Shown piece by piece: positions 35,081-44,384 of a DNA stretch of 64,000 bases (positions are counted from its first letter, which is position 1; each line of letters begins with the position of its first letter). The position numbers and the translations under genes are program-made. This DNA comes from Planctomycetota bacterium. Its GTDB lineage: Bacteria > Planctomycetota > UBA8108 > UBA1146. The notes beneath the pieces were generated by a model. That model ran no database searches. It worked only from the letters and a program-made list of their open reading frames with translations, and was not told the origin of the DNA. The stretch covers positions 43,216-107,215 of the forward strand of contig JAYZBV010000113.1 in assembly GCA_036338595.1 (NCBI GenBank). Direction: 5' to 3'.

Positions 35081-37906
35081 TCAGATTTCACATGAACCGC
35101 AGTTGGTCACTGGAGCAGAGTCGGGACCGCCTCCAAACAAGAACATCAACTGATGGACCACGTCGCCGAGATTCAACATTTGATCTCCATTTACATCTCC
35201 AGATTTCGGACAGGGAAGGGCTCCACCTGTTCCGAACAGGTAGAGAACCAGGGTGATGGGATCAGAGGTGTCCTCCGATCCATCGGCATTGACGTCTCCC
35301 ATCGACAGCACCTTGACCTCGTTGTTTCTTGTCATCGTCGAGACGGTTCCGCAGGTTCCGTATGCATCCAGCGTCACGCTGAAGAAACCCGGTGAATCGT
35401 AATTGAACGAGGCGTTTCCGTTATTCTGAACGGTGGCTCCGTCTCCAAAATCCCAGAGCAGGTGATCGATGGTTCCACTCGACAGGTTCTGGAATTCGGC
35501 GCAATAGGGAGCGATACCGATCCAACTGGACAGATCGAAATCCGCAACTGGTGCTTCACAGACGATCACGGATAGCTGAGAAAATGCAGTTCCGCACGGG
35601 TTCTCCACCGTCAAGCGTACATCGTAGGTACCGGGGAGCGCGTACAGGTGCACAGCATTCAGGTCTGGAGACCCGGTGCCATCGCCGAAGTCCCAGTACA
35701 GAAGGTCAGCAGCGCTGCCGCCCAGTGTTCCAGAGAATGCGATCGGAAACGGGATATCGGTAACCAGTGAAGAACTGGTCGCGATCACGGTGGGGGCCAC
35801 ACAGGGCGCATCATCACCATGGATGACCAGACCCACATCGGTCAGCCAACCCTGGTTACTGGCGAGATTGTCCTGAACCCTCAGGGTCCAGATTCCCTGC
35901 ATCGATTCACCGATGAACGCCTCGAGCAAGCCTGCGGGTTGCATTCGGAGTCCATCTGCAACGAGCGTCTCGTCGTAGGCAATACCGCTGATGTCATAAA
36001 CAGAGTCGATCGCTGTACCGGCATATCCTCCGAAGCCCTCAAGAATCGCAATGGATCCCTGTGGCGAAATCAAAGTGACATGGATCTGATCGATCGATGG
36101 ATGGGTCAGTTGTAACTCAACCTCGATGTCGGTAATCGCGATGTTCTCCTGAACTTCGATGCTGAACTCCATCGGATTTCCACCTGAGTTGAGGAGAACA
36201 GGTTCCAGTAGGTCCAGACTCCAGCTCTGAAGAATGCCGTCGTCGCTGGTCACGCTATCGTCCACCTGAAGAGTCCAGTTTCCGTCGATGGCTTCTCCCA
36301 GGAAATCGTTCAGCGCCCCTGGACCTTGAGGAGCCATCTGTTGCCCGGTGGGTAGATTCTCGGTGGCAAACGGGATTCCCTGGTGATCAAAGGTAGTGTG
36401 AATCTCTCCAGCAGTAGCCGGCCCCTGTCCCAGCAAGGTCACCTCTGTACCCAGCGGGCTGGCGATTTTGATGGCCAGGTCCGATAGAAATCCATGGATC
36501 AGGTCAATTCCGACATCCAGGTCGATGGCACTGAAGGTGTCAGAGATGGCGATCGCATCCAGGATCGGAATCGACTGACTGACCGCCTGATTCTGTGTTC
36601 CCTGGGCATGGAGCACCGAAAAGACCCCGCGGTGGATGCGCTTCGTTGCTTCATCGATTCTGACGCACCAGTTCGAGAGAGTTCCATCGGAACCAGGGTA
36701 AGGGTCGGCGACCGTCAGGATCCAGTTGCCTTGAATCTCCTGGCCATCGAAATCATCCAGCGATCCGGGGCCATCTGGTTGGATCCCCTGGCCGTCCGAG
36801 TCAAAAACCAGCCCCCACAAACTTCCGCTGTACTGTGTTTCTGTGAGCAGGCTTACCGTGGTTCCTGCAGGACTGGTGATGTTGACGGTGATATCCGCAG
36901 GAAAATCATGATCCATCTCGATGTAGACGTCTACATCACGCACCGTTCCGTAGTGGTCAAAGTGGACCATCTCCAGAATCAGGGAGGTGTCATTGATGGG
37001 GTTCAAGCCAACTGGCCCACAGATTTCGAACTCATGTTGTCCACTGAGTTGAGGGGCAGGACACGCAGGTTGAGATTCCAGTTCATAGATACGATTGAGA
37101 GATGCGTCGACAAGGAACACCGATGGAACTGCCTGAGAGCCACTTGAAACGTGGGCGATCCCGTTGATGAATCCTCCAAGCGAAGAGATATCCGTCTCGG
37201 CTCTGATCACTCCTGACGAATCCATTGTGCTGATGGCGCTGACACTGGTAGCACCGGGTACATTATGCGGAACAAGCAGCAGGTTGCAGTCATTGCGATA
37301 AGCGATGCTGTTGCCAGCGCCGCTACCAGCAGGATGACCAATTATCGATCCAGAAAATTCACCCGTGAGTAGGTGGCTGCTGTACTGATCATTTGTGACA
37401 TCCACAGCCCACATCGTTTGATCCGAAGTGATGCAGATGTCTCCGACGATGCCTCCCCCTGGAAGAGCCAGGTTCCCGACAATTTCCGGATTGGTTCCGT
37501 CCTTGAGGGATCTCCAGAGATTTGGCGATGATCCTGGAATAGCCCAGTAGATGTGCTGACCCGAGATGGCGATTCCATTTGTCGAGACATTGCCGGCAGG
37601 ATTGGGAATTGTGGAAACCACCCCAGCTGACAGGTCGTCGATGCTGTAGAGATGCGTGGTGCCGCTGAAGAGATCGCAGACATAGAGAAGTCGTTGAGGT
37701 TCATCCACACAAATTCCCAGTGGATTGCTGCCGCCATGTCCTACAGACTGGATGACATCTCCCGGAATCATGGGGGCGGATGTGGATCCAGCAGGGGGTG
37801 CCAGTGCCCCTGAGGTCTGCGATACGGAGCCAGGAGTCTGAGACTGCGCCTCGACCTGAGAGCAACACAGGAGCAGCATGAGGGTCGGAATGAGTTTCGA
37901 ATGCAT
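35081..37906 (-). CDS. large secreted multidomain protein: beta-propeller-like region, three proprotein-convertase P-domains, two PKD domains, C-terminal dockerin-like module
   Basis: 941 aa from the ATG at 37906 (GGAGG upstream), with a signal peptide. Three P-domain-like repeats end in GNWILTVADPYPGSDGTLSNWCVRI, GNWTLQVDDSVTSDDGILQSWSLDL and GIWTLRVQDNLASNQGWLTDVGLVI. Two WDFGDG PKD motifs. The tail is GDVNADGSEDTSD...GDVNGDQMLNLGD (paired Ca-binding dockerin loops). Confidence 0.8.
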   Translation of the reverse strand: MHSKLIPTLMLLLCCSQVEAQSQTPGSVSQTSGALAPPAGSTSAPMIPGDVIQSVGHGGSNPLGICVDEPQRLLYVCDLFSGTTHLYSIDDLSAGVVSTIPNPAGNVSTNGIAISGQHIYWAIPGSSPNLWRSLKDGTNPEIVGNLALPGGGIVGDICITSDQTMWAVDVTNDQYSSHLLTGEFSGSIIGHPAGSGAGNSIAYRNDCNLLLVPHNVPGATSVSAISTMDSSGVIRAETDISSLGGFINGIAHVSSGSQAVPSVFLVDASLNRIYELESQPACPAPQLSGQHEFEICGPVGLNPINDTSLILEMVHFDHYGTVRDVDVYIEMDHDFPADITVNITSPAGTTVSLLTETQYSGSLWGLVFDSDGQGIQPDGPGSLDDFDGQEIQGNWILTVADPYPGSDGTLSNWCVRIDEATKRIHRGVFSVLHAQGTQNQAVSQSIPILDAIAISDTFSAIDLDVGIDLIHGFLSDLAIKIASPLGTEVTLLGQGPATAGEIHTTFDHQGIPFATENLPTGQQMAPQGPGALNDFLGEAIDGNWTLQVDDSVTSDDGILQSWSLDLLEPVLLNSGGNPMEFSIEVQENIAITDIEVELQLTHPSIDQIHVTLISPQGSIAILEGFGGYAGTAIDSVYDISGIAYDETLVADGLRMQPAGLLEAFIGESMQGIWTLRVQDNLASNQGWLTDVGLVIHGDDAPCVAPTVIATSSSLVTDIPFPIAFSGTLGGSAADLLYWDFGDGTGSPDLNAVHLYALPGTYDVRLTVENPCGTAFSQLSVIVCEAPVADFDLSSWIGIAPYCAEFQNLSSGTIDHLLWDFGDGATVQNNGNASFNYDSPGFFSVTLDAYGTCGTVSTMTRNNEVKVLSMGDVNADGSEDTSDPITLVLYLFGTGGALPCPKSGDVNGDQMLNLGDVVHQLMFLFGGGPDSAPVTNCGSCEI

Positions 37907-38086
37907 CGAAAACCTCCGGGAATTATCGAGTGAAAGGTGCGAAAATGACAGGTGAGGGCAGGGACCCTTCCTGACTAACAAAGGTAACTATCTGTCTATT
38001 GTAAACCTTGTAAGGTCCGCGTCTACCCATCCAGTGGTTGGGAGACGGCGGCATTGACCTGTAATCTGGCGCCAGGAAGGGCTCTC

Positions 38087-39517
38087 ATGTTGTTCCAGCG
38101 AGGTACTTTTCTACTGATCGCCGCGGTATTGGTGTTCGGCGCGCCTCTCGCCGGGGATGAACCCGGAAAAATTGACCGACAACGAGCAGATCTTCTCCGC
38201 GACCTGCAGGCTTCCGAGCCTCCCACTCACAAGCGTGCGATGGAGCAAATTCTGCTCAACCGGGATGCAGCGCTACTCCCTGAGCTGGAGAAACTACTCA
38301 CCCTGAAAGATTCTTCCCTTCGCAGACGAATCACGATGCTGGTGCTACGAGCTTTTCCCGACCAAGCGTTCGACTTCTTCGGGCGCTGCCTCGCCGCCGA
38401 CAATGTCCATAGCCAGGAGGCTGCTGCACACGGTTTCGGCTTCATTTCGGATCTACGTGTCGCGGCGATTCTCGAGCCACTCCTCGGGAGCACCAATCGG
38501 GTTCTGAAAATCGCAGCCTTGCGCGGATTTCAATCCCAGATCATGCCTCTTGCTCAAAGCGCTTTCCGCCGCGTCGCCGGCGGGGAAGCGCAGGACACTG
38601 CCAAGATGATCGAGTGTAGTAATGCGGCACTCGCCGCCATCGAGCGGGCCCACCAGTCCAAACCTGCGGATGGAGATCTCTCCAGGATGCGACTGCGGCT
38701 GCTCGATTCGAAAAATAGTTCCAGCGCCAGGGAAAGTTGGCTCTCTGCAACTGCTGAAACTGGCAAGGACGTTGCCGGTTTCAAGAAATTATTCAGTGCT
38801 AATGATTCCTGGATCGGTCGAGCACGGCCACCTGCACGGCTCGACTACAACTTTTCGATGGTGAATTTTGCTTCCGATTCCAACAAGGAGATTGAGATCC
38901 ACTCCACGGTAGAGGATATGGAATCGCTCCGGATGATGGGCTACGACCTGGATCGTGTCATTCACCTTCGAACGGCATCAGACCTGCTGTTTTGCACCCC
39001 TTCCGGAACTCAGCCCGAGATGGTTTCGGAATCCGGTTCCGCCAACGGTGTGATTCGCCTGCAGATCTCCAGCTTCCCATTTCGTCATGCAGGGATCGGG
39101 CTTCTGAATATCTCCTACTGGGAAGGGACCATCCGTGGCGCCGACCATGCCCACATCCAGTTCGATCTCGATTCTGGTCGAATCATCGAAGAGTCCATCT
39201 TTGATGAATCTGGAAAACTGCTGTGGAAACTGGTAGTGCAGTCCTGGCTTCCGGGTCACCGCTATCCGGCTCAACTGCTTCTCGACATGCCAGGCGGGAG
39301 AAGTGGGGCTCGTGCTGCACATCTACGTTTCGAGTTGACCTATCAACTCGCCAAGGAAGCGTGGGTCCTCAAGGAAGGGACCACGAGCGAGGTCGTTGAC
39401 GCTGTGGCTGAGATCCGCGCTCACGGTGAGGTTGCGCTCTTGCCCGCTCCAGAAGCGGTGGAGTCTGCTGAGGATTCTTCGGGCCAGGGTTCGGATGCTG
39501 CGACTCCCCGGGAGTAA
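38087..39517 (+). CDS. secreted HEAT-repeat-containing hypothetical protein
   Basis: Signal peptide after the ATG at 38087 (AGGAAGG upstream). N-terminal HEAT/PBS-lyase-like repeats (LLPELEKLLTLKDSSLRRRITMLVL..., ILEPLLGSTNRVLKIAALRGF). The C-terminal half is unassigned. Confidence 0.6.
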   Translation: MLFQRGTFLLIAAVLVFGAPLAGDEPGKIDRQRADLLRDLQASEPPTHKRAMEQILLNRDAALLPELEKLLTLKDSSLRRRITMLVLRAFPDQAFDFFGRCLAADNVHSQEAAAHGFGFISDLRVAAILEPLLGSTNRVLKIAALRGFQSQIMPLAQSAFRRVAGGEAQDTAKMIECSNAALAAIERAHQSKPADGDLSRMRLRLLDSKNSSSARESWLSATAETGKDVAGFKKLFSANDSWIGRARPPARLDYNFSMVNFASDSNKEIEIHSTVEDMESLRMMGYDLDRVIHLRTASDLLFCTPSGTQPEMVSESGSANGVIRLQISSFPFRHAGIGLLNISYWEGTIRGADHAHIQFDLDSGRIIEESIFDESGKLLWKLVVQSWLPGHRYPAQLLLDMPGGRSGARAAHLRFELTYQLAKEAWVLKEGTTSEVVDAVAEIRAHGEVALLPAPEAVESAEDSSGQGSDAATPRE

Positions 39518-41025
39518 AGGGTCCGGTTGCCGCTGAGTCGGCTGGCTATGTCATTGCGATCCGCGCTGCGAGCCGCCTCCAGTGCTGCGTCTTGCCACTG
39601 GATCGCTTCCTGGAAGTTTCCCTGTGCTGCGAGCAACATCGCCTTGGTCTCTACCAGTTCGAGCGTGGTTTGAACCTGCAGCAGTGCCTCGATCTGGGCC
39701 AGATAGGAGACCAGTTGCTCGCTCGCAGGGTCTGGATCGGTGGCTGCCAGTCGTGCCGCCAGGCTGATCAATCGGGCGTCATTTCCGGTGGCGATTCGGC
39801 CAGCGAGACAGGCTTTGAGAGCAGCATCCCTGTCCCCGATTCGCAGGTGACAAACCGCTTCTGCAAGCCAGGCAGTGGCGTTGCCCGGGCGAAGTGTGCG
39901 AACCTTCTTCATCTCCATCGCTGCTTCCCAGAAGTGCCCCAGCCTGCGCAGGGCGTTTGCTCTGTTGAATCGAGCTTCAGTATTGTCAGGATGGATGAGC
40001 AGTGCCTGGTCGTAACAACGAATCGCCTCCGACTCCTGATTCTGCGCGGCATGAAGTACACCCAGATCAAACCACGCGATCGTCGAGGCCGGGTCGAGCA
40101 GAATCGCTTCTTCGTATTCTTCAATCGCTTCTGAAATTCGTTTCAACTTGGCCAGCGCAGAACCCAGGTTGAGGTGTGCCGTGGCGGATTCAGGCGCAAC
40201 GGAGCACGCCTTCGCAAACTGCTCCCGGGCCTGCTCAAAAAGGCCCTCCTGGAAGAGCGTGGTTCCCCGATTGAGAGCGATCCTGGCCCCGACTGGACGG
40301 TTCTTCACCTCGTCTAGCCAGGGGTCTGCGACTCTGGGATAGGCATCTCCGCGCGCTTTCATCTGTACCATGGCGCGAGCGTTGTGACCGAGATCGCGAA
40401 GAGCCAGACCCAGGGGGTAACGCAATCCGGAAGCAGCGGGCGAGAGAGTCAGAGCATGCTCGAGGTATTCGAGGGCGAGTTGTGGTTGCTTTTCCTCCAG
40501 TGCAATCTTCCCCAGGGCTGCCAGTGCGGGCGCACTGTTGGGCTGAAGATCCAGCAACTTCATGTAGTAGGTTCTGGATATTTCAGGTTCACCGAGTTCA
40601 AGGTAGAGGTCTCCCAGGGCAGCCAGTGATGGTGGATGAGCTGGAATCAATTCCAGCACCTCCACAAGTAGCCGGGAGGCCTCGGCCTCCATCCCCAGTT
40701 GCACCTGGATCATCGCCCGCAGGTACTTCCACTGAGCAGAATCGGCATCCAGATCCAACGCCCGCTGATAGCAGGAGTGTGCGGCAATCGGTAAATCATA
40801 GGCATGATAGGTGATGGCAGCATCGCCGTAGGCCGCCGCCAGTTCTACCCCCTCAAGACTCTCGTGTGCCTGCTCAAGTGTCTCGTGGGTTTGATCCAGA
40901 TGCTCGACGACCCCTGCCTCCAGCCCAACCAGGTCTGGTGGCTCGGGAGGCTGAATGCTCGAATCGCATCCAGCCAGCGATAGCCCGGCCGTCATCAGTA
41001 ATGTGCGAGGCAAACTCGATCTCAT
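39421..41025 (-). CDS. TPR-repeat lipoprotein
   Basis: Lipobox LSLAGC, then about 12 TPR units (for example AIRCYDQALLIHPDNTEARFNRANALRRLGHFWEA). Its start overlaps the stop of the upstream ASPIC gene. Confidence 0.85.
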   Translation of the reverse strand: MRSSLPRTLLMTAGLSLAGCDSSIQPPEPPDLVGLEAGVVEHLDQTHETLEQAHESLEGVELAAAYGDAAITYHAYDLPIAAHSCYQRALDLDADSAQWKYLRAMIQVQLGMEAEASRLLVEVLELIPAHPPSLAALGDLYLELGEPEISRTYYMKLLDLQPNSAPALAALGKIALEEKQPQLALEYLEHALTLSPAASGLRYPLGLALRDLGHNARAMVQMKARGDAYPRVADPWLDEVKNRPVGARIALNRGTTLFQEGLFEQAREQFAKACSVAPESATAHLNLGSALAKLKRISEAIEEYEEAILLDPASTIAWFDLGVLHAAQNQESEAIRCYDQALLIHPDNTEARFNRANALRRLGHFWEAAMEMKKVRTLRPGNATAWLAEAVCHLRIGDRDAALKACLAGRIATGNDARLISLAARLAATDPDPASEQLVSYLAQIEALLQVQTTLELVETKAMLLAAQGNFQEAIQWQDAALEAARSADRNDIASRLSGNRTLYSRGVAASEPWPEESSADSTASGAGKSATSP

Positions 41026-42797
41026 CGTCGAGGAATCCCTTCGCCACGGCGCAGCGTGTGATACCGGCGCAGTGCCAGATCATCGAAGACCTCAATCAAG
41101 CCGTCGAACCAAAAAACTGTGACTTCGCAGTTTTCCGTCCCTTCTCCCAGGCCCACCGAAATTCGTGGATCATTACTGCACAGATAAGATCCTCCCCGCC
41201 TGGATCGACGCGAGATTACCGTTCTCTCGCCCTGTCGGATCTCACACCTGATCCCTGCCTCGACCCTTCCTTCAGCCTTGCGGACATCGAGACCGATCCA
41301 GGAACTGCTGGAGCCGATCCTGTTCTGAAGAAGACGGACAGTCCCACAGTTATTACTGACCAGAATATCAATGTCTCCATCGTTGTCGATGTCCCCAAAT
41401 GCTGCACCTCGACCGACCGCTTCCTCCTGCAGCACCGTTGCTCTGGCAGCATCGAGTTCTTCGAAGTGAGTTCCGTCCCGATTGATGAACAGCTGATCGG
41501 GTTGATCCAGTGGATAGGGATCGCCCGCAGCAACTCGTTCTTCCATCCGCTTCACCGCTCCGTTGGTCACGAACAGGTCGAGAAACCCATCATTCTGCAG
41601 ATCAAACCACGCCGTCCCGAATCCAGTCCAGCGGCGACTGGGAACGCCGAGTCCCGACTGTGCAGACTCATCATCGAATACACCCTTACCGTTGTTGGTG
41701 TAAAGGGTGTTGGTTTCTCCGGTCAGATGTGTGACAAAGATATCATCGTCTCCATCCCCATCGAAATCAGCAAGGTCTGCTCCCATCGATGCCTCCGGGC
41801 GGCCATCCCTGTTGTATGCGCAACCAGCAAGTAGGGCTGTATCCTCGAATACGAAGGGGGCGACCTGCCGCCACAGCCGATTGGCCATGCCATCGTTGGC
41901 GACATAGAGGTCCAGCCTTCCGTCTGCATCGAGATCTGAACTGACAACGCCGAGGCCTGCACCCGGGTGCGCTCCAATGCCACTGGGTGAAGTCATGTCG
42001 TCAAAGGTTCCGTCTCCACGGTTTCGGTAGATGCGATCAGGCAACGGGGGATAGGAACTGGGCCCGCAGTACTCAACAGCACTGCTGTCGGAGAAGCAGG
42101 GCTTATGATTCTTCAGCGTGAAATCGATGTAGGAGCAAACATACAGATCATCATCTCCATCGGCGTCGATGTCGATGAAGAGGGCGCTGGTAGTCCAACG
42201 AGCATCTCCCAGGCCCGCCGCCTCGGTTCCATCGATGAATGTGCCGTCACCTTGATTGACCCACAACTGATCGTCGCCGAATTGTGTCAGGTATAGATCG
42301 AGATCGCCATCACCCTCGATATCACCCACTGCGCACCCCATACCGTAGCCCTTCGCTTCGATCCTGGATGAGCGGGTCACATCGATGAATTGTGGGATCC
42401 CCACATCATCCACTCCCTCGTTTCGATACAATCTGGCGCCCGTCGGCTGCCCAGCAGGGGGAGAAAAGATCCGGTTCGAATCGTGCTTGGTGTCTCCCAG
42501 CAATCTCCCCTGGGCGAGAAAGATATCGAGATCCCCGTCACCATCAAAATCCAGGAACGCTGAGCCTGGGCCGACCGTCTCACAGAAGTAGAGCTCCCCG
42601 GTCATGCCATTGTCATGCCAGAACTGGATCCCGGATTCATCCGTGATATCCACCAGAACCTGTGGTGTCGACGACGCAGCAACACACCCCGACAGAGCCA
42701 GGCAGAGAAATGCCACCGGCAGAGACAACTGCCGATCTGGAGCGCAACGCAGCACCCTCGGAGGGGTTAGATCGATGGGGTCGGGGCAGCAGGACAT
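41022..42797 (-). CDS. FG-GAP/VCBS-repeat protein with ASPIC/UnbV C-terminal domain (CRTAC1-like) lipoprotein
   Basis: Repeated Ca-binding loops (DFDGDGDLDIF, DIEGDGDLDLY, DIDADGDDDLY, DLDADGRLDLY, DFDGDGDDDIF, DIDNDGDIDIL) and a C-terminal GGSYLCSNDPRISVGLG motif. Lipobox LALSGC. Confidence 0.85.
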   Translation of the reverse strand: MSCCPDPIDLTPPRVLRCAPDRQLSLPVAFLCLALSGCVAASSTPQVLVDITDESGIQFWHDNGMTGELYFCETVGPGSAFLDFDGDGDLDIFLAQGRLLGDTKHDSNRIFSPPAGQPTGARLYRNEGVDDVGIPQFIDVTRSSRIEAKGYGMGCAVGDIEGDGDLDLYLTQFGDDQLWVNQGDGTFIDGTEAAGLGDARWTTSALFIDIDADGDDDLYVCSYIDFTLKNHKPCFSDSSAVEYCGPSSYPPLPDRIYRNRGDGTFDDMTSPSGIGAHPGAGLGVVSSDLDADGRLDLYVANDGMANRLWRQVAPFVFEDTALLAGCAYNRDGRPEASMGADLADFDGDGDDDIFVTHLTGETNTLYTNNGKGVFDDESAQSGLGVPSRRWTGFGTAWFDLQNDGFLDLFVTNGAVKRMEERVAAGDPYPLDQPDQLFINRDGTHFEELDAARATVLQEEAVGRGAAFGDIDNDGDIDILVSNNCGTVRLLQNRIGSSSSWIGLDVRKAEGRVEAGIRCEIRQGERTVISRRSRRGGSYLCSNDPRISVGLGEGTENCEVTVFWFDGLIEVFDDLALRRYHTLRRGEGIPRR

Positions 42798-42913
42798 ACG
42801 CTGTGGCCTTCACTCTCCCTGGCTGGGGGCCCTCCAGTTGGGAAATCCACTGGTAACTTCAGTTGCCAGGGGGAGAATCAGTCTGGCGCCTGTTCGTGGA
42901 AGGATACCCGCTC

Positions 42914-43969
42914 ATGAGCCAATCATCAGCAGCACAACTCACCACTCCTTCCAGAGGAGTGCGCATCCTGGCGATGGCGCTGGGAGTGTTGCTGACATTG
43001 TCTCCTGTCGAGGTGGGTTTTGCCGACATCTTCCATCTCAAGGACGGCCGGGTCATCGATGGGGCCGTACTGAGAGAGATCGGAGACCTGATCAGCATCC
43101 GATCGAGCGATGGAGCAGTGATTACCATCGATCGGAGCGAGATCGTCAAGACAGAGAAACAGTTGACTCCCATCGACCAGTATCGCACCCGGCTCGACCA
43201 GTTGGATCCCTCAAGTCTTGCAGATCAACTGAGCCTGGCTCGCTGGTGTGACTCGGTCAATCTCACTCCTCAGGCGATGAAGCACTGGAAGAGAGTGATT
43301 CAGATCGATCCCGATCACGATCAAGCCCGTTCCGTTCTGGGATATGTTTGGATCGGTGGTGACTGGTTTCTTCGAGGGTCCGATGATGCGAAGAAGCGAC
43401 GGGCTGAACTCGAGCTCGATCCGGCTACTCCCGCAAAGGTGATCCCGGAAGAATTGAGACTTCCCGAGTGGGAACGACCTGACTCCGGTGTCATCCCTGA
43501 GTTGCCCCCCTTGCCCACCCTGGGAGTGGATCGCGTGGTCGTGACGATGGACGAGAAACTTGGGAGATCCGGGCCAGAGCGTTCTGGAATGACTTATCAC
43601 CTCCGTCGAATGGGTGGAAAACTCCAGTTCGTGGAAGGCAAAGATGATGGAAAAGTACCGGTAGTCCTGAAGATCAGGATTCGTTGCTACTTCGTCAGGC
43701 TCGAAACGTTTTATGGAGCCCCCATCGCCAATATTTTTCAGGGCGAAGCCAGGGCGCAGTTCTTCGAGCGAAATTCAAAGGGTGACATGGTGCTTCGAAA
43801 GACCACAAAGATGCGTATTCCCTTCTCCTCCAGTGCACAGCGGCCAAAGGAGCAGGCGTTACAGTACACCTACTATGTCACTCTCGAGACAATCGCCGCC
43901 AGGATCTCCCGCTGGAGTTGGATGAAGCAACGGGGATCCAGATCGTTGCCGATGCCGGACTCTCCTTGA
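42914..43969 (+). CDS. secreted hypothetical protein
   Basis: Signal peptide after the ATG at 42914. No recognised catalytic motif. The ORF track starts at 42863. Confidence 0.55.
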   Translation: MSQSSAAQLTTPSRGVRILAMALGVLLTLSPVEVGFADIFHLKDGRVIDGAVLREIGDLISIRSSDGAVITIDRSEIVKTEKQLTPIDQYRTRLDQLDPSSLADQLSLARWCDSVNLTPQAMKHWKRVIQIDPDHDQARSVLGYVWIGGDWFLRGSDDAKKRRAELELDPATPAKVIPEELRLPEWERPDSGVIPELPPLPTLGVDRVVVTMDEKLGRSGPERSGMTYHLRRMGGKLQFVEGKDDGKVPVVLKIRIRCYFVRLETFYGAPIANIFQGEARAQFFERNSKGDMVLRKTTKMRIPFSSSAQRPKEQALQYTYYVTLETIAARISRWSWMKQRGSRSLPMPDSP

Positions 43970-44199
43970 TGACTTCCGAGGGGTTCTCCGCTGCCACAAA
44001 TACGCCGGCTGGGCTGCCTGAAGCCGGGACAGAGGCAAAGCGGATCGTCATGTGGCAACTGCTCTCAGGCCTTGCTCAGGGGCTGATCGGAATGCTGAGA
44101 TTCCCGGTCTTCTTGCTTCGACGTCATGCCATCTCTGCCAACATCGCAAGAATCATTCAGGATGAATCCGAGTCATCGATGAAGAGTGAACTCGAGTAG
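43969..44199 (+). CDS. small hypothetical protein with one hydrophobic helix (tentative)
   Basis: 76 aa. Its ATG overlaps the TGA of the upstream gene by one nt (TGATG), which suggests translational coupling. Hydrophobic core WQLLSGLAQGLIGMLRFPVFLL. Confidence 0.35.
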   Translation: MTSEGFSAATNTPAGLPEAGTEAKRIVMWQLLSGLAQGLIGMLRFPVFLLRRHAISANIARIIQDESESSMKSELE

Positions 44200-44384
44200 A
44201 TTTGCCGGCAGTAGTGTCCCCCTGACGGGAACTCTCAGAGCCTGGCCATGACCTTGCTCCACCCCGACAACAGGCTCTCGACAAGGTGCCGTACTGGATC
44301 GAGAATCGAGGCCCTTTCCTGGTGCGGTGCTGGTTGCTAACCTTCGCCAACAAGAATTCATCGTCTGCTGAAGGGCGGTCGAGG

